This document shows positions 1 through 13,319 of a stretch of 64,000 bases of DNA, in pieces. Positions within the stretch are counted from its first letter, which is position 1; each line of letters starts with the position of its first letter. Both the position numbers and the translations under genes were made by a program. Where the stretch lies: NCBI GenBank assembly GCA_951406725.2, contig OX597821.1, positions 31,496,001 to 31,560,000 on the forward strand. The letters run 5' to 3'. The DNA comes from Octopus vulgaris (taxonomy: Eukaryota). Under the pieces are notes generated by a model that worked only from the letters and a program-made list of their open reading frames with translations, was not told the origin of the DNA and did not search any database.

Positions 1-557
1 TGGAAGGTCAAGAAATATATTTTGAAATCTTGAATATGAATTACATAAATTAAAGAGATAACGAAATAATCGAAAATACATATAATGGATAAATATTTGT
101 TAAATATTCTAAATTTGCTTTTGCTTTATTTTTCCTCTCAATAATTAGTCTTGCTAAATTGTGCAGCAATAAAACAAACGAAAGACCTGTTTTCAATATA
201 TTTGCCTAGTGAGTTTTCCACATATTCCTTTAAAATATTTGCTAGTATCTTTAACCCTACTGTCCCCAAATTTGGAGAGCTTTCCTTCACTTCATATCTA
301 GATGAATTCTTTTGTAATGGTGTATAATCCTACAGATGTTTGAACAAAAAGTTATTCATTCTAAGAATATCAGCAATTACAAATATATCAATAATTGCAT
401 GCGAACAGGAAAGAGTAGAAAATCATTTCGATCACCGAAGAAGTATTTCTCAATAATATTTATATAAGATGTACTTTCAATTTTACCTACATACATTTGA
501 TCCCCGCCCCCCAGTATGTAGCTGGTATTTCATCGACACAGCAAAAATTACTGCCAC

Positions 558-609
<52 letters not shown>

Positions 610-625
610 TGATAATGATGATGAT
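558..625. repeat. (AAT)n/(GAT)n microsatellite
   Basis: Direct read; abuts the 3' end of the minus-strand Tx1-like LINE. Confidence 0.95.
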
Positions 626-2455
626 TTCATGTATTTGCCCGAAGTGCCAGGAATAAGGGACAACACAAACAAAGACATATAGTGTAGGGGTTTACATATA
701 ATGAAATGATAAATAAGGTACGTGTACACGGTATACACTGAAAAAAGAAGGGACATATACACAATATACAAAGGTTAAAAGATGGGGTGAAGGATGATGT
801 AGATGTAGCCCTCCTGATACAAGAAGACATCAAGGGATAATCGAAGAACTTTAATGTCCAAGATTCCTCTTAACACAAAGGGCAAAAATGCCGTCTCCAA
901 TTCCTTCTTTCCGACTTACAGGTTTCCACTGACTGAGGTCCCATCCACTCTTTGTTATTTTCGCAAATTTTACTAATCATTCAATAAACTTTGCTGCGAC
1001 ATTAAAAACGGTCATCGCACATAGTTCAATAAAATCATTCAATAAACTCACTTCCCTATCCACTCTCAATTTCGTTTTCAAGTCAAACTTGAAGAAGTCA
1101 ATGAGAGTTCTATGAAATAGGAATGTATCTGTTCACCTGCCTTTCACACTTGTCCATCAAACAACCGGTTTCGTCACAGCAACTGGGCAAAGGAAAACTG
1201 CCTTGTCTGCCCGATTGAAGGAGGGCGGTGTAGCAATCATCACTACAGATTCGGCCGACAGACGGATCCGTCCGAAACGTGACTGTATCTGTTTGACATA
1301 GACACACAACTCAATAATGCCTGGACACTGAACGAGTGCGTGCAGAAAAGTTTCGTCTGAGAGCAAACTCCGTGCCTGCCGAATCTATCTCGAAGCGGTA
1401 GGGCACCCCGTAGCATTCTCAGGCCAAGGACATCTAGAAATATTCCATGGCAGTTGCCGATCTGAGACTATTCTGAAACAGACTAGCCAGTTCGTTTTCG
1501 TCGGTACCAGAGTTGCCCAGAGAACAACGTCGCACTTCCCCGGCACTAATCCTCTATAAATTACTAAAGCAGAATATCTACCGATCCCATTGCCCTTCGG
1601 GATTGCACTCAGGACTGCAGCTCCGTCAATGAGACGAGCTGCCGAAAGACGAGACTCACAAACAGAGCCCATACACGCACATTGGCCAGAAATCGTAGCA
1701 GATGGCGTAACCTAAGGGAGTGTCTGTGCATTAGGAGGCACATCAAACCCAGTTCAACACTTAGAGGGTGCTGGCAACAAGCTGACTGCCTGACAATTGG
1801 AACGCGTCCGTTCCAAAAGAATTTAAATAAGAGAGGTTCCAACCTCAGTTAACAGCACCAGGAATTCTTCCGTCCTGTTGCCAGTAGCGGTAGACGTCTG
1901 CCAAGAAGTCGCTAAACAAATCTGCTAAGAATACATAGAATTCATAGGGCAGACCATCCAATCCAGGCGGTCTGCGATTTGTACAATTCCTAATTCCAAC
2001 GGCTTCTGTCGATTTTTCACATAACCTCGCGTCAGCTGCCAAGAGCCGCCACAAGCCGTGTAGATACGAACTAAATCCAATACCGTCCTCGACCCAGTGA
2101 CCTCCCCAAACGGCTGCGCGAAGTGCTGCTGAAAAGTTGGTCACCTGTATTGGGAGCAGTAGCATGCGTCCATCTCGATCAGTCAAACAGGTGATCATGG
2201 TTTTGTTTCCAGGTCACGGTTCCACTTTTTCGTCCCATCCGACAGCTTTAGTTTCTTCCTGCGCACGGGTCTTAGCTCTGGAAATGCAACCTTCATGTTT
2301 CGTTTCGAAGAAATGGTCAAAGCCATTCTCGCTGCTAACATATCGGTGGCAATGTCCTTTCTAATCGTTTCTTCCGATTTGCTAATTAGTTCACCCTCTA
2401 ACCTATTCCTATCTAAGGAATGAGATGAGAAGGATAAGATCTTCGTGATTGCCAT
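626..2455 (-). mobile_element. Decayed Tx1/L1-clade LINE ORF2 plus 3' UTR, RT core deleted
   Basis: Minus frames give PGLDGLPYEFY (pre-RT PGxDG motif), LFKFFWNGRVP...QHPL (post-RT region) and ETFLHALVQCP (C-terminal zinc-knuckle remnant); many frameshifts. Confidence 0.85.
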
Positions 2456-2819
2456 GAATCATCGATTTTTTTTTTGAGGGGTGCAGAGCTTCTGTGAAGA
2501 AACTCATTTCCACAGACCCGTATTGATTTCTTCGTGTGAAGAAATCAATATCAGTCCAAATACTCTTGAAGCAGCTTTCTACTTGGACACGAGATGCATT
2601 GAAAATGTTCCTCGTCCTTAGCGACACATCTTCTGACCGTCTTATCCATCAAATCTGAAAAGAATACAAGCCTTTTTTCCTGCCCCATCCATTGAGAAGT
2701 TTTTCTACTTCACTGAGGGACACATGCTCTTGAAATGTTGTTACTCCTGCTCACTACCCTTATTTCTCGTGTTGACTATATCGTTTTTGCTGCTGGTGCT
2801 ATTCCTCTCGTTGCTGATA

Positions 2820-3230
2820 TTAATCGAAACCATCGTTGAGCGATGGAGGCAAGCTACTTGCTAGCAGCGGGGGTCTTCGTCACAGAGCTCGCAAGATGGA
2901 AGAATTCCGAAACGTGGTCCTTTGCTATTCATAAGACCCGCAGAAGAGAAAGCAGGTCAACCCCCGACACCGAGAGCATCGATGATGGATGACTGCACAT
3001 CCAGACTCAGCGGTTGCGTAGGAAGTCGAGGACAAGAAACAGGAAGAAACAGTGAGAGAAAGTTGGGTCGAAAGAGTACAACAGGGGTCGCCATCACCCC
3101 CTGCCGGAGTATCGTGGAACTTTAGGTGTTTTTCGCTCAATAAACACACACAACCCTCGGTCTGGGAATCGAAACCGCGACCCTCCGACCGCGAGTCCGC
3201 TGCCCTCACCACTGGGCCATTGCGCCTCCA
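2820..3230 (-). mobile_element. tRNA-derived SINE (OR-like head), tail type A
   Basis: Reverse complement begins TGGAGGCGCAATGGCCCAGTGG (A box)...GGTTTCGATTCC (B box); head and body shared with 46261-46563 and 54607-54905; 3' boundary uncertain. Confidence 0.8.
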
Positions 3231-3429
3231 CTGCTGCTGCTGCTGCTGCTATTCCTGCTATTGTTGTTCATAGTTGTCGTCGCAGATGTGACTGCGGCCG
3301 TGATGTCAGAGTTGTTGTTTGTGATAGAGATGGTCATCTTGTTTTGCCTGCCAACCTGTCTAGTAATTACGCCAAGAAGCGAAGAGCTGTCAACCTCTCA
3401 TATGTTTGTGAGAAGATATTCCTCTCATT

Positions 3430-3700
3430 TCCTACTCTCACATCGACGACTGAAATTCCCTCGAAAATGTTTGTTGATGCCACTGAGCAAATAATCTAAA
3501 TTTTTCCAGGTGGAATTAAAAAATGGGATAAATTCTATAAGTCCCCCAAGAAATAGGAGGATTTTTAACAAAAAAGGAAATCTCCAACATAAGAAGGATC
3601 CCTTATTCTCCACCATGGTTGAAAATGACAAGAAACCGCCGCTTTCTTTCCAGAGAAACCTGACGATTTTCGAAAACATAATACGGATCCGATGTCAAGT
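3430..3700 (-). mobile_element. Possible highly decayed Penelope-like RT fragment
   Basis: LSFSTMVENKGSFL weakly resembles the PLE RT motif FTME.E..G.LPFLD. Confidence 0.3.
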
Positions 3701-3702
3701 GA

Positions 3703-3928
<226 letters not shown>

Positions 3929-3954
3929 CCTGCGGCTTGTGTGCAAATACGAAA

Positions 3955-4050
3955 GCAGCAAAAAAATCACCTTCTATTGTAAAGGAAGCTGGTTAATATG
4001 CCAGGATATTTGGCATTAACCTTGGGTTAAATGAAGAACCTGAAACAACT
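3955..4050 (+). mobile_element. Short LINE fragment homologous to 6290-6390
   Basis: aaaatcaccttctattgtaaaggaagctggttaatatgc matches aaaatcaccttctattgtcaaggaagctggtaaatatgc. Confidence 0.7.
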
Positions 4051-5994
4051 GTCATCAGATATTTGCCTGTTCTACTCCCTAAATATGCAATATATCATGT
4101 GTATAAGCTTGAATTCGTGCTAAATCGTGCTAAATTATTGAAAGTCTAGAGATTACTATAAGAACATTAGGAAAATAATTCAAGTCATATATATTTCAAA
4201 ACACACAAAATCTTGAGTAGTCAAACAGCCATATGAAGTGCAAAATAATGTATTTATTTATGCTAGGTCACCTGCAAAATAACCCGTAAATATCTTTTGT
4301 ATAATTGAGTGAGGAAACGATTTATATCCTCTTGATAATCCTGATTTAACCAATGATACTTCGATGCTAGTCACTTTGTAGTTTCTCAATTACTATTTTT
4401 TTAATATTTTGTTTGAATTGACTATACAATGATTAATATATCTAAGAATTATCTGCCTGACTACAATTTCCTATTCTTCTGTTCACTTCATACTCCGAAA
4501 AATATGATCCCGTATAATTATTGGAGGCTCTTACTTGTGCATTCGCAAAAAACATTAAAAATCACAGATATTGTTAGATGTTTAGATTCGGAAGAAATAA
4601 TATGTATACTATATACGTAGTGGATAATACTTGTGATGGTCAAAATATAAAGGAGCTGGGCATGATATACACTCAAATCCATATCATTGTTTATATTGGC
4701 TCTAACATAGGAAAACATCACAATGAATTATTAATATCAAATATGAAATATGTAGGTATTATATCATTCTTAAGGATCGAAATTTGAATAACGGAAAAAG
4801 ATTACTCCTGGAATAAATATAAAAGAAATGCATTTGGCAATTTTCCTTAACATATACATCAGCATGGAGTAGAACGGAGCGTGATTGGTAAAATGGGAAA
4901 ATACATATGTCTCTCTGTTACATACGCATACATCCAACTTCGTCCTCTCTCTTACTCTGTCTGCTAGCCTCTTATTGTATGCCTGTAATTACATATCACC
5001 GACATTAACTTAAATTTTTTGTAACAACTGAAATGCTGGACCTGAACAATAGTACTCTTCTTGCGCATTCTTTCAGAATGTAGTTTTCATTACAGTGAGG
5101 AACTCAAGATCAAAGAAAAGTGCCTCCATTTATTTGGTAAATTAATGTGCTTTTATCGGGCCATCACGTGTTGGTGTCGAGATACTATATGCAGTTAATT
5201 TCTTGCTCTTTAAAGAGATAAATTTTATTTTATAGCAGTGTATCGAGTAAAACCATCTTCGATACACATCGTTTTTTTAATAAATAATATTCACTAATGA
5301 GAGATAAATAATGCCATTCCAAACACAGCTTTTATACTTTGGTTCAAATGTGAAATCATAAAATTGCTGACTTCATGTGCAAATTAAATTCTATAAATTT
5401 AGAAATATCATGCTAAGAAATAATTTTATATGTTATTGAGGCTATTTTTAATGTTTAACTTTTTTTATCTGTGTGATGAAGGGTTCTTTTTGGTTGCTGT
5501 GTCACAAAAATTGTATATAAATATGTTTCATCCCTTGCTGCTACAAAGTAACATATGTGCTAAATATACACAAGTTTATATGATTTTTTCTAACTCCATT
5601 AAAACAAATTATAGCGATAAATGATTTTATGGACTTCGAAGGTAAAAAAAAAAGCCATAGCATTTGAAATGTACATTAAATTTCAAAAGAAATTTCCCAC
5701 ATTAAAATAGTGTACAAATATTTTATCACAGTTACACACATTATATGTATTTGAATATATAAAAATTATTTAAGAAGACTATATATATAACCCTTTTCCA
5801 TCCCCTTGTTCTTCTCCCTCTGCATCTCCTGACTTATAACGTTTTTCATGGTAGCAGCCCGTGTTGTACTGTGTCCAGAATAACAGGCAAATTTTCAAAC
5901 TAAGAGGATGTAAAATCTGTTTGCATTTTTCTCATTTTCTTTTTTTTTTCTCTGCCCCTTCACGAAAGTTTAAATCCCACTTTCACTTTATACA

Positions 5995-6222
<228 letters not shown>

Positions 6223-6229
6223 TGTGAGC

Positions 6230-6510
6230 TCCTGGATCTTAAGAACCTTCCGGTGCAGAGAACAAGGTGTTATCATTCCAAAGACGAAAGTTTCAGAAAA
6301 TCACCTTCTATTGTCAAGGAAGCTGGTAAATATGCAAGGTTACTCGGCATTAATCCTTAATGAGCTGAATAACCTGAAATATTTGACACAAGATAAGAAA
6401 AAGGAATGAAAAAGACTGAAAAAAAGAGAAACAACCTGAGTAGCGATGGCGCCAGGAGCTTCTGCATGGACAGTATATACTTTGAAGCCGAAATGCTGAT
6501 GTAGACCATG
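6230..6510 (+). mobile_element. R4/Dong-like LINE fragment (post-RT region)
   Basis: [15 protein letters not shown]...WRQELLHGQY...NADVD resembles the W..K.LHGQ motif of R4/Dong ORFs. Confidence 0.55.
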
Positions 6511-6519
6511 CATCAACCC

Positions 6520-7040
6520 GTCTGACAAGCTCCTCGAATACTGCTGCCTCCTGTGGTCTCTCCACATACAAAGCAAAACATCTAGAAAATTGAATCACCC
6601 CAGAGGGCATTCACCAAACGGATTAAGGGTATGACTGATCTCAAGTACTGGAACCGCCTTAAAGCATTGAAACTCTATTCACTCCAGCACTGCTGCGAGC
6701 GGTGCTCGATGTGGAGAGTATACCGCCAGCATTGCCCAAACGACTTGAACATTAGCTTCAAATCAAGGACCAAAGCTAGAACCACTGGCCATACGTCCCC
6801 TTCTAAGTTCAAGATCACAACATATGGGTACACTGCGACACAATTTCTTTTCCTAAACAGGCCCTGCCCTACTTAACATTGGCTCAAAAGTGATCAAATT
6901 AGAAAAGGATCCCATCAACTTTAAACGGCATCTGGACAAATTTCTACAATGAATACCAGATAAGCCACTTATACCTGGGTACAACTCATTCAACAAGCAC
7001 TCCCTCCGTGAATGGGCCATGATACTATTAAGTTAGACAT
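6520..7040 (+). mobile_element. CR1-clade LINE 3' fragment
   Basis: LEYCCLLWS...QRAFTKRIKGMTDLKYWNRLKALKLYSLQ...LDKFL matches the CR1 ORF2 C-terminal pattern QRRFTK...Y.ERL..L.LYSL. Confidence 0.85.
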
Positions 7041-7105
7041 GACCTGGACCAATCTTTGGTCGAATCATATCTAGGGGTTTCAGTTTATATTTATATGTAT
7101 GTATG

Positions 7106-7144
<39 letters not shown>

Positions 7145-7262
7145 CTATGCATGTATATATATACATATATATATATATATGTGTGTGTGTGTATATATAT
7201 ATGCCTATATATAGGTACATATATATATATATATATTTATATACATTTATATATATATATAT

Positions 7263-7495
7263 ATTTCTTTACTACCCACAAGGGGCTAAACACAGAGGGG
7301 ACAAACAAGGACAGACAAAGGGATATAAGTCGATTGCATCGACCCCAGTGCGTAACTGGTACTTAATTTATCGACCCCGAAATGATGAAAGGCAAAGTCG
7401 ACCTCGGCGGAATTTGAACTCGGAACGTAACGACAGACGAAATACGGCTACGAATTTCGCCCGGCGTGCTAACGTTTCTACCAGCTCGCCGCCTT
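7263..7495 (-). mobile_element. Full-length tRNA-derived SINE (family 2, Nin/Deu-like central domain) inside (TA)n
   Basis: Reverse complement AGGCGGCGAGCTGGTAGAAACGTTAG...GAGTTCAAATTCC (B box)...GTCGACTTTGCCTTTCATC...GGGGTCGATAAATTAAGTACC; several copies in the window. Confidence 0.88.
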
Positions 7496-7497
7496 AA

Positions 7498-7634
<137 letters not shown>

Positions 7635-8610
7635 TCTTAATAATTATCATGCACACTCTATACTATAATTTCACTATTTCGTTTTTTCTCTTTCTCACTC
7701 TTATTCTTTTATTATTCTCCCACAATTTTATCCTATTACTCTGTCTCTCTCTCTGCATCACTCCTCCTCCCTTGCTCACGTGGCTCCCGCCTGACCATCG
7801 GCCATGTGACTTTCTTCTCCTAACTTGTGTTTCGTTCTTTCTCTCCCTTGTAGCTGGAACAAGGAAGACGGGTTCGTGTTTGTCTTATGTCTAAGCTTGA
7901 TTTATGCGTTGGACGCCACAAACACGCTTCGGCATAGCAGCCCTTCCTGCTTGTTTCCACTGTCCTGTTACCAATTTTAACCCTCCGCAAATTCACAAAT
8001 CTTTTGTAATTTGCTTTGCGGGAGCAAATATTTTATCGAAAGCATATCTTCTTGTTAAATGATCGAAATACGAGAGTAAATTAAATACACTTTGTAAACG
8101 GCTTGAAGTAGAAACCCTCCAGGTATTCATTCAATAATAATACTACTATTCGTATCTCTTTATGTACCCCATTCTCTAAAATTTTAACAATTCTGTAAGA
8201 TTTCAAAATATTTCGTCAGGTTTATTTTGCAAATGATTCTATCATGTCAATGAGTAGCAGAGGTATGGGACAATTCTGTTATAGCATACCATTATCATAC
8301 CTTAGTGTTTAACTTAATTTGAGTAGTGACAGCTTAATTCATTTATACAATGAATGGTGTATTCTAATTTGTTGTAAGCGATCCAAGACACGGCAATCTC
8401 TGCTTCGGCCAAAACTTTAAAGGGTTTTAGACGGAATATGATTTCGCAATGTAAACCTGTACGACAATCTAATAACAATGTAAATATTCGTACATAGAAC
8501 ACGCTGTTTTAGGACATGTCATAGGAACATCAAAATGTAGCGCAAAAAATCACATCTACAGAAATATTGAAAAAAATCAAAATTTAAAACTTCAATATGA
8601 TATACTATTA

Positions 8611-9018
8611 ATTAAGCTGGCGAGATGGCAGACTCGTTAACACGCCGGGTAAAATGCGTAGCAGTATTTCGTCTGCCGCTACGCTCTGAGTTCAAATTCT
8701 GCTGAGGTCGACTTTGTCTTTCATCCTTTCGGGGTCAATTAAATAAATACCATTTACGCACTGGGGTCGATATAATCGACTTAATCCGTTTGTCTGTCCT
8801 TGTTCTTTTCTTTCTGTGTTTAGTCCATTATGGGTAGTAAAGAAATAGGTATTTCGTCTGTCTGTACTTTCTGTGTTCAAATTCCACCGAGGTTGACTTT
8901 ACATTTAATCATTTTCTCGGGGGGTCGAGAAAATTAAGCACCAGTTGAACCCTGGGGGTCGATATAATCGACTAACACGCTCCGTTAAAATCCATGGACT
9001 TGTGCCAAAATTTGAAAG
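8611..9018 (+). mobile_element. Composite family-2 SINE (two bodies, two tails) with 18-bp TSD
   Basis: Body repeats from gtatttcgtctg (~8664 and ~8849); flanked by caatatgata(t/a)actatta at 8593-8610 and 9019-9036. Confidence 0.85.
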
Positions 9019-9134
9019 CAATATGATAAACTATTACAAAGTTTTAGCTGAATAAAGCTCACATTTCAATCTGAAGGAGCAGAAAAAAGAGTATCGGGGA
9101 TTATTAGTAAGAAAATATCAAATAATATTAAGCC

Positions 9135-10510
9135 TCAACTTCTCTTCCTCCCACCCTGAACACACCAAGCTCCCCATCCTCTATTACCAATTCCTCCGTC
9201 TACGCAGGCTCTGCAGTAACGACCATGACTTTGAGACTCAGTCTCAACACATGGCTCGCCAACTCAGTCTACGTGGATATCCCCTTACCACTATCAGCAC
9301 CGCCCTTTCCAGAGCACTTCCAAAGACCGTGCATCTGCTCTCTTCCCCCACACCCACCTCGCCGTCACTCGTCTCCCGTTTCCCCTCAACTACCACTCCA
9401 CTCCTACCTCTTCAGCGCACGCTTCTCTGACCATCCGGCGGCTTCAGTCCGATCCCTCCACTTCGCACATCTTCCCTAACCGACAGCTCCCCTCCTTCAG
9501 ACCAGCCCACATCCTACGAACCCTCTTGGTTCACAACTTCTTCTTTAACTCAACCTCCCAATACGGTTGGTACTTTTGCTCCCGCCCACGCTGTCGCACT
9601 TGCCCTTACCTCTCCAACACCACCTTTTCCACAGACACCAATCATCGACGCTATCATATCACTGACTCCTTCACCTGCACTTCAAGCAACGTCCTCAACT
9701 GTATCTACTGCTCTCCATGATCCCATGCCGTTTCCGTTCTACCGGTCACTTTTTACACCTGTCTGTGTTCGGACTTTCCTTGCACAGGGATTAATCTTCT
9801 CTCTTCTCTCTTTTGCGCCACGTGTCCTCAACTCTGCTACGATCTTCATCTAACCCTCTTACTCTCATCTCTCTTTCTCTCGCACCTACTTCCTCTCTCC
9901 CTCCTCTCCGCTCTTGCTCTGACACATATTTCCTCTCTTCATTTCTACTCCACTCCCTTCCACCTATCCCTTCATCGTCACCCGCTTCCTCGTTCCCCAC
10001 CCCTACACTCTCCAAGCCCAGCATTCCTATAATTCCATCCCACTCCTCCTCATCCCTTAGATCGCACCCTTGCTTCCCACACATCGTCTCCGCACCCCCG
10101 AACACCATCACACCAAACACCACCAGAGAACGCCATACTAGCACTGACTACTTCCCAGCACCTACACCATCATTCACACACACGTCAAGGCCACCAGCCC
10201 CCTTCCACACCTACATACACGTTCGCACATACATATGCACGTGCACTTTCGTTTTGGGATCATCACTACATTATTATTTCCCCTTTTACCTAGCTCTCCT
10301 ATGTGACCCCTCTGTCCGGCATTCCCAATGACAGATTGCTAACCACTAAAACCTTTTCTACGTTCTTTCCCTGTTTCTTTGTGTTCCTCTCTCTCGAAGA
10401 GAATAGGCTCGAATCGTAAAATACTTTATCATTTCCCGAGCGTTAAAATAATACATCTGTCTGTTGTTTACACATCAGTCTTTGTCTTCTGCTTTTTGCA
10501 ATTTCACACT
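9135..10510 (+). mobile_element. Penelope-like element 3' part (RT thumb, partial GIY-YIG, 3' pLTR)
   Basis: SHPEHTK...QFLRLRRLCS...RGYP, then RPRCRTCPYL...FTCTSSNVLNCIYCS; 3' end homologous to 12945-13060 and 40570-40735. Confidence 0.85.
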
Positions 10511-10694
10511 ATATACCCATGCACATAGATACACGCATACACACACACACATGGGTATTCTCATATACCTACGTATATATTTATATACATATATATATAT
10601 ATATGTCTGTCTATGAATATATATTTTTCTATTTATATATATTTATATATTTTATTTATATGTATATCTACATATATTTATATATGTGTATATA

Positions 10695-10747
<53 letters not shown>

Positions 10748-11264
10748 ATGTATGTATATATATACATATATATATATTTATATATTTATATATATTTATA
10801 TATCTTTACAACGTGAAACATTTACACAGATGTATAGTGTATGTACGTATATATGAACACACACACACACACACACACATATGCCTACATAATGCCAATA
10901 TTTTATAAGTTTGTCAAATAAACAAATAGTAATTCACTTAAAATTTTTCTTGGATTTCTCATTCTGAATAATTTTTATTTTTGTAAAAAACGTTTTTTCT
11001 AACGTTATATATTTTACTTTATTCTATTTATATTTCGATGTTTACTTTATTCTATATTCATGTGTTTCGAAGAAATAAATTTCGTCAATATATAAATTTA
11101 ATCAAATGAAATTACCTTAAAATCAATACGAACAATGTGCAACTTTATTTCTGACAATACTTATTTACCGGTGTCTTCAATTTGTTTTGTACTTTTCACT
11201 TATCTTTTTGTATTGTTTTTTTTACTATTTTTACATGTGTGTGTATTTACATAAACATACAATC

Positions 11265-11323
<59 letters not shown>

Positions 11324-12496
11324 CATATATATATAAACATATATATATGTATGTATGTGCATATATATTCCTATATATCTATATATACACGCATACACAC
11401 ATACACGGCGCATGGAAATTTTTTATACGTATTTATTTGATTTTTATGTCTATGTCTGTATAGGATAGTAGCTCTCATAATTTTTGAGTTTGAATCATAT
11501 ACTGTATTTTGAATCATACAGAGAAATTAGATGTTTCTATGATTTAATCAAATTAAAAGCAACTTTCTTTTATCTTCCAGTACTGAGGAATTTTCATGTG
11601 CTGTAAAAAAAAATATATTATTCTACTATAACAATAATTTGTGTTTTCTGATAACTATATAGTTGTTGCTGAAATAATGCAGTGTGCATTTAATATTTAT
11701 TATCTCAGCATATGTTATGCAATCAGTTTACAGTTTTCTAAAAGCAGTCGACACAGGGGATAAACAAAGGAAATATAAGATACGGTTATTTCCTCACCAG
11801 TCTAAGAATGTGATGTATTCGCACAAATAGAGTCTGGACCATTCTGCGCAAATTATTCAGTTGAGTAATTAGTTGCTTGAAATTATGAAGTCCTTATCCT
11901 CTAAAATTTAACAGGATGGACACTTTCTTTAATTATAAACATATTTTACCAGACATATCTCATATGATGCACGTTAAAGGGGAGATAATATTTGTGTAAA
12001 TCGAGAGAATTTCTCCAATAATTGCGCACAACAAGCCAGTAACGTGACATGCGGGTTATAAATTAATGTTTCAAGTCAAAACAATTACTATTACGTAAAA
12101 GAGTGTTTTTGTATATTCATGTTTAACTGTTAATTATCGACTGAGAACGAATCAAATTAAGCTGGCAAATATGAAGTGAAAGCCTAAAGACACGAACATG
12201 CGACATGGACATAAGAGGTGTTGGCAGTCGGCAGTCAGGTCTAGAAAGAAAGATCATGACCGAACGGACACCGGTCATGTGGAAGGAGGAGAGAAGGGTT
12301 GGGGAGAGTGGGATTGAAAGATTAGAAAAAATCAGAGATAAAGAAAGGTACAGGGGAGATAAACGAGTTGGAAATAGTGGGAGAGAGGGCCAAGAAATGT
12401 GAGAGGGGGGAAGCGAGAAAAGAAAGAAATTTGAGAGGAGAATAAAAGATGGCGTAAGCGTCGTACAAAATTTAGATACATATCTAATATAAGGTG

Positions 12497-12779
12497 AGCA
12501 CAAGGATGTACGTACGCCGCTATATATATATATATATACATAAATATACAAATACAACAAAAACGCAATTAAGAGCATTTAAATGTTCGGGCAGACAGCC
12601 AATACAAAGGCGGACAAGAAAGACAAAAACAATTAGAAGAACAGGCAAAAAAAGGCGGCTCATTCTTGGATTTTTTTCATCTGACAAGTTAGAGACGTCA
12701 CGGCCATTTCGGCCATTTACACTTGAGATCGTTCGATCTGGTTCCCTCCCACCGAAAAAAACGTCTAAGCTAAGGGATG

Positions 12780-12780
<1 letters not shown>
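12497..12780. repeat. Dispersed repeat, homologous to 14946-15110
   Basis: Shared gtacgtacgccgctata...caaaaacgcaat...ggcggaca...cattctt. Confidence 0.7.
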
Positions 12781-12817
<37 letters not shown>

Positions 12818-12886
12818 TATATGCATAATATACATATGTATATTCGTATATATGTATATACATATATGTATGTAAATGTATATATT

Positions 12887-12933
<47 letters not shown>

Positions 12934-12944
12934 AAATCTTTTTT

Positions 12945-13060
12945 TTGTCTCCCTTACTCTCGAAACGTAGAAGACTTTCTCACTCCCCGAGCAATCAACT
13001 TATACATCTGTTTATTGGCTACGCAGCCGTCTTCGTCTCTTCTACTTTTGTAAATTCTCA
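12945..13060 (+). mobile_element. PLE 3'-end fragment inside (TA)n
   Basis: ctcgaaacgtagaagacttt...cccgagc...atacatctgttt...gtcttcgtct matches 10405-10510. Confidence 0.7.
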
Positions 13061-13062
13061 TT

Positions 13063-13109
<47 letters not shown>

Positions 13110-13319
13110 TTGAAGCACTTTCTCAGTTCTCCAACAGCAATAAATTAATATATTTAAGACTTCAAACACCTTGTCACTACCATATTTCAAGACATCTGCA
13201 CATATTCCAGCAGACTCTGCAGACTTATTGTTATTCAGCATATTCACAGCTAAATAAATATCATCTAGAGTTCTATAACTATAAGCTGTTCAATTGTTTC
13301 TGTTGTCCTCATGTCAGTA

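Noticed and set aside
3155-3230. tRNA genes (also 54607-54680 and 46495-46563)
   Set aside because: A/B boxes run into a shared SINE body; no proper acceptor stem or terminator
4578-4787. 69-aa ORF as a possible exon
   Set aside because: No recognisable family and weak splice signals
9791-10331. 172-aa Ser/Pro-rich and 117-aa Glu/Arg-rich ORFs
   Set aside because: Low-complexity pyrimidine-rich part of the PLE; no recognisable domain
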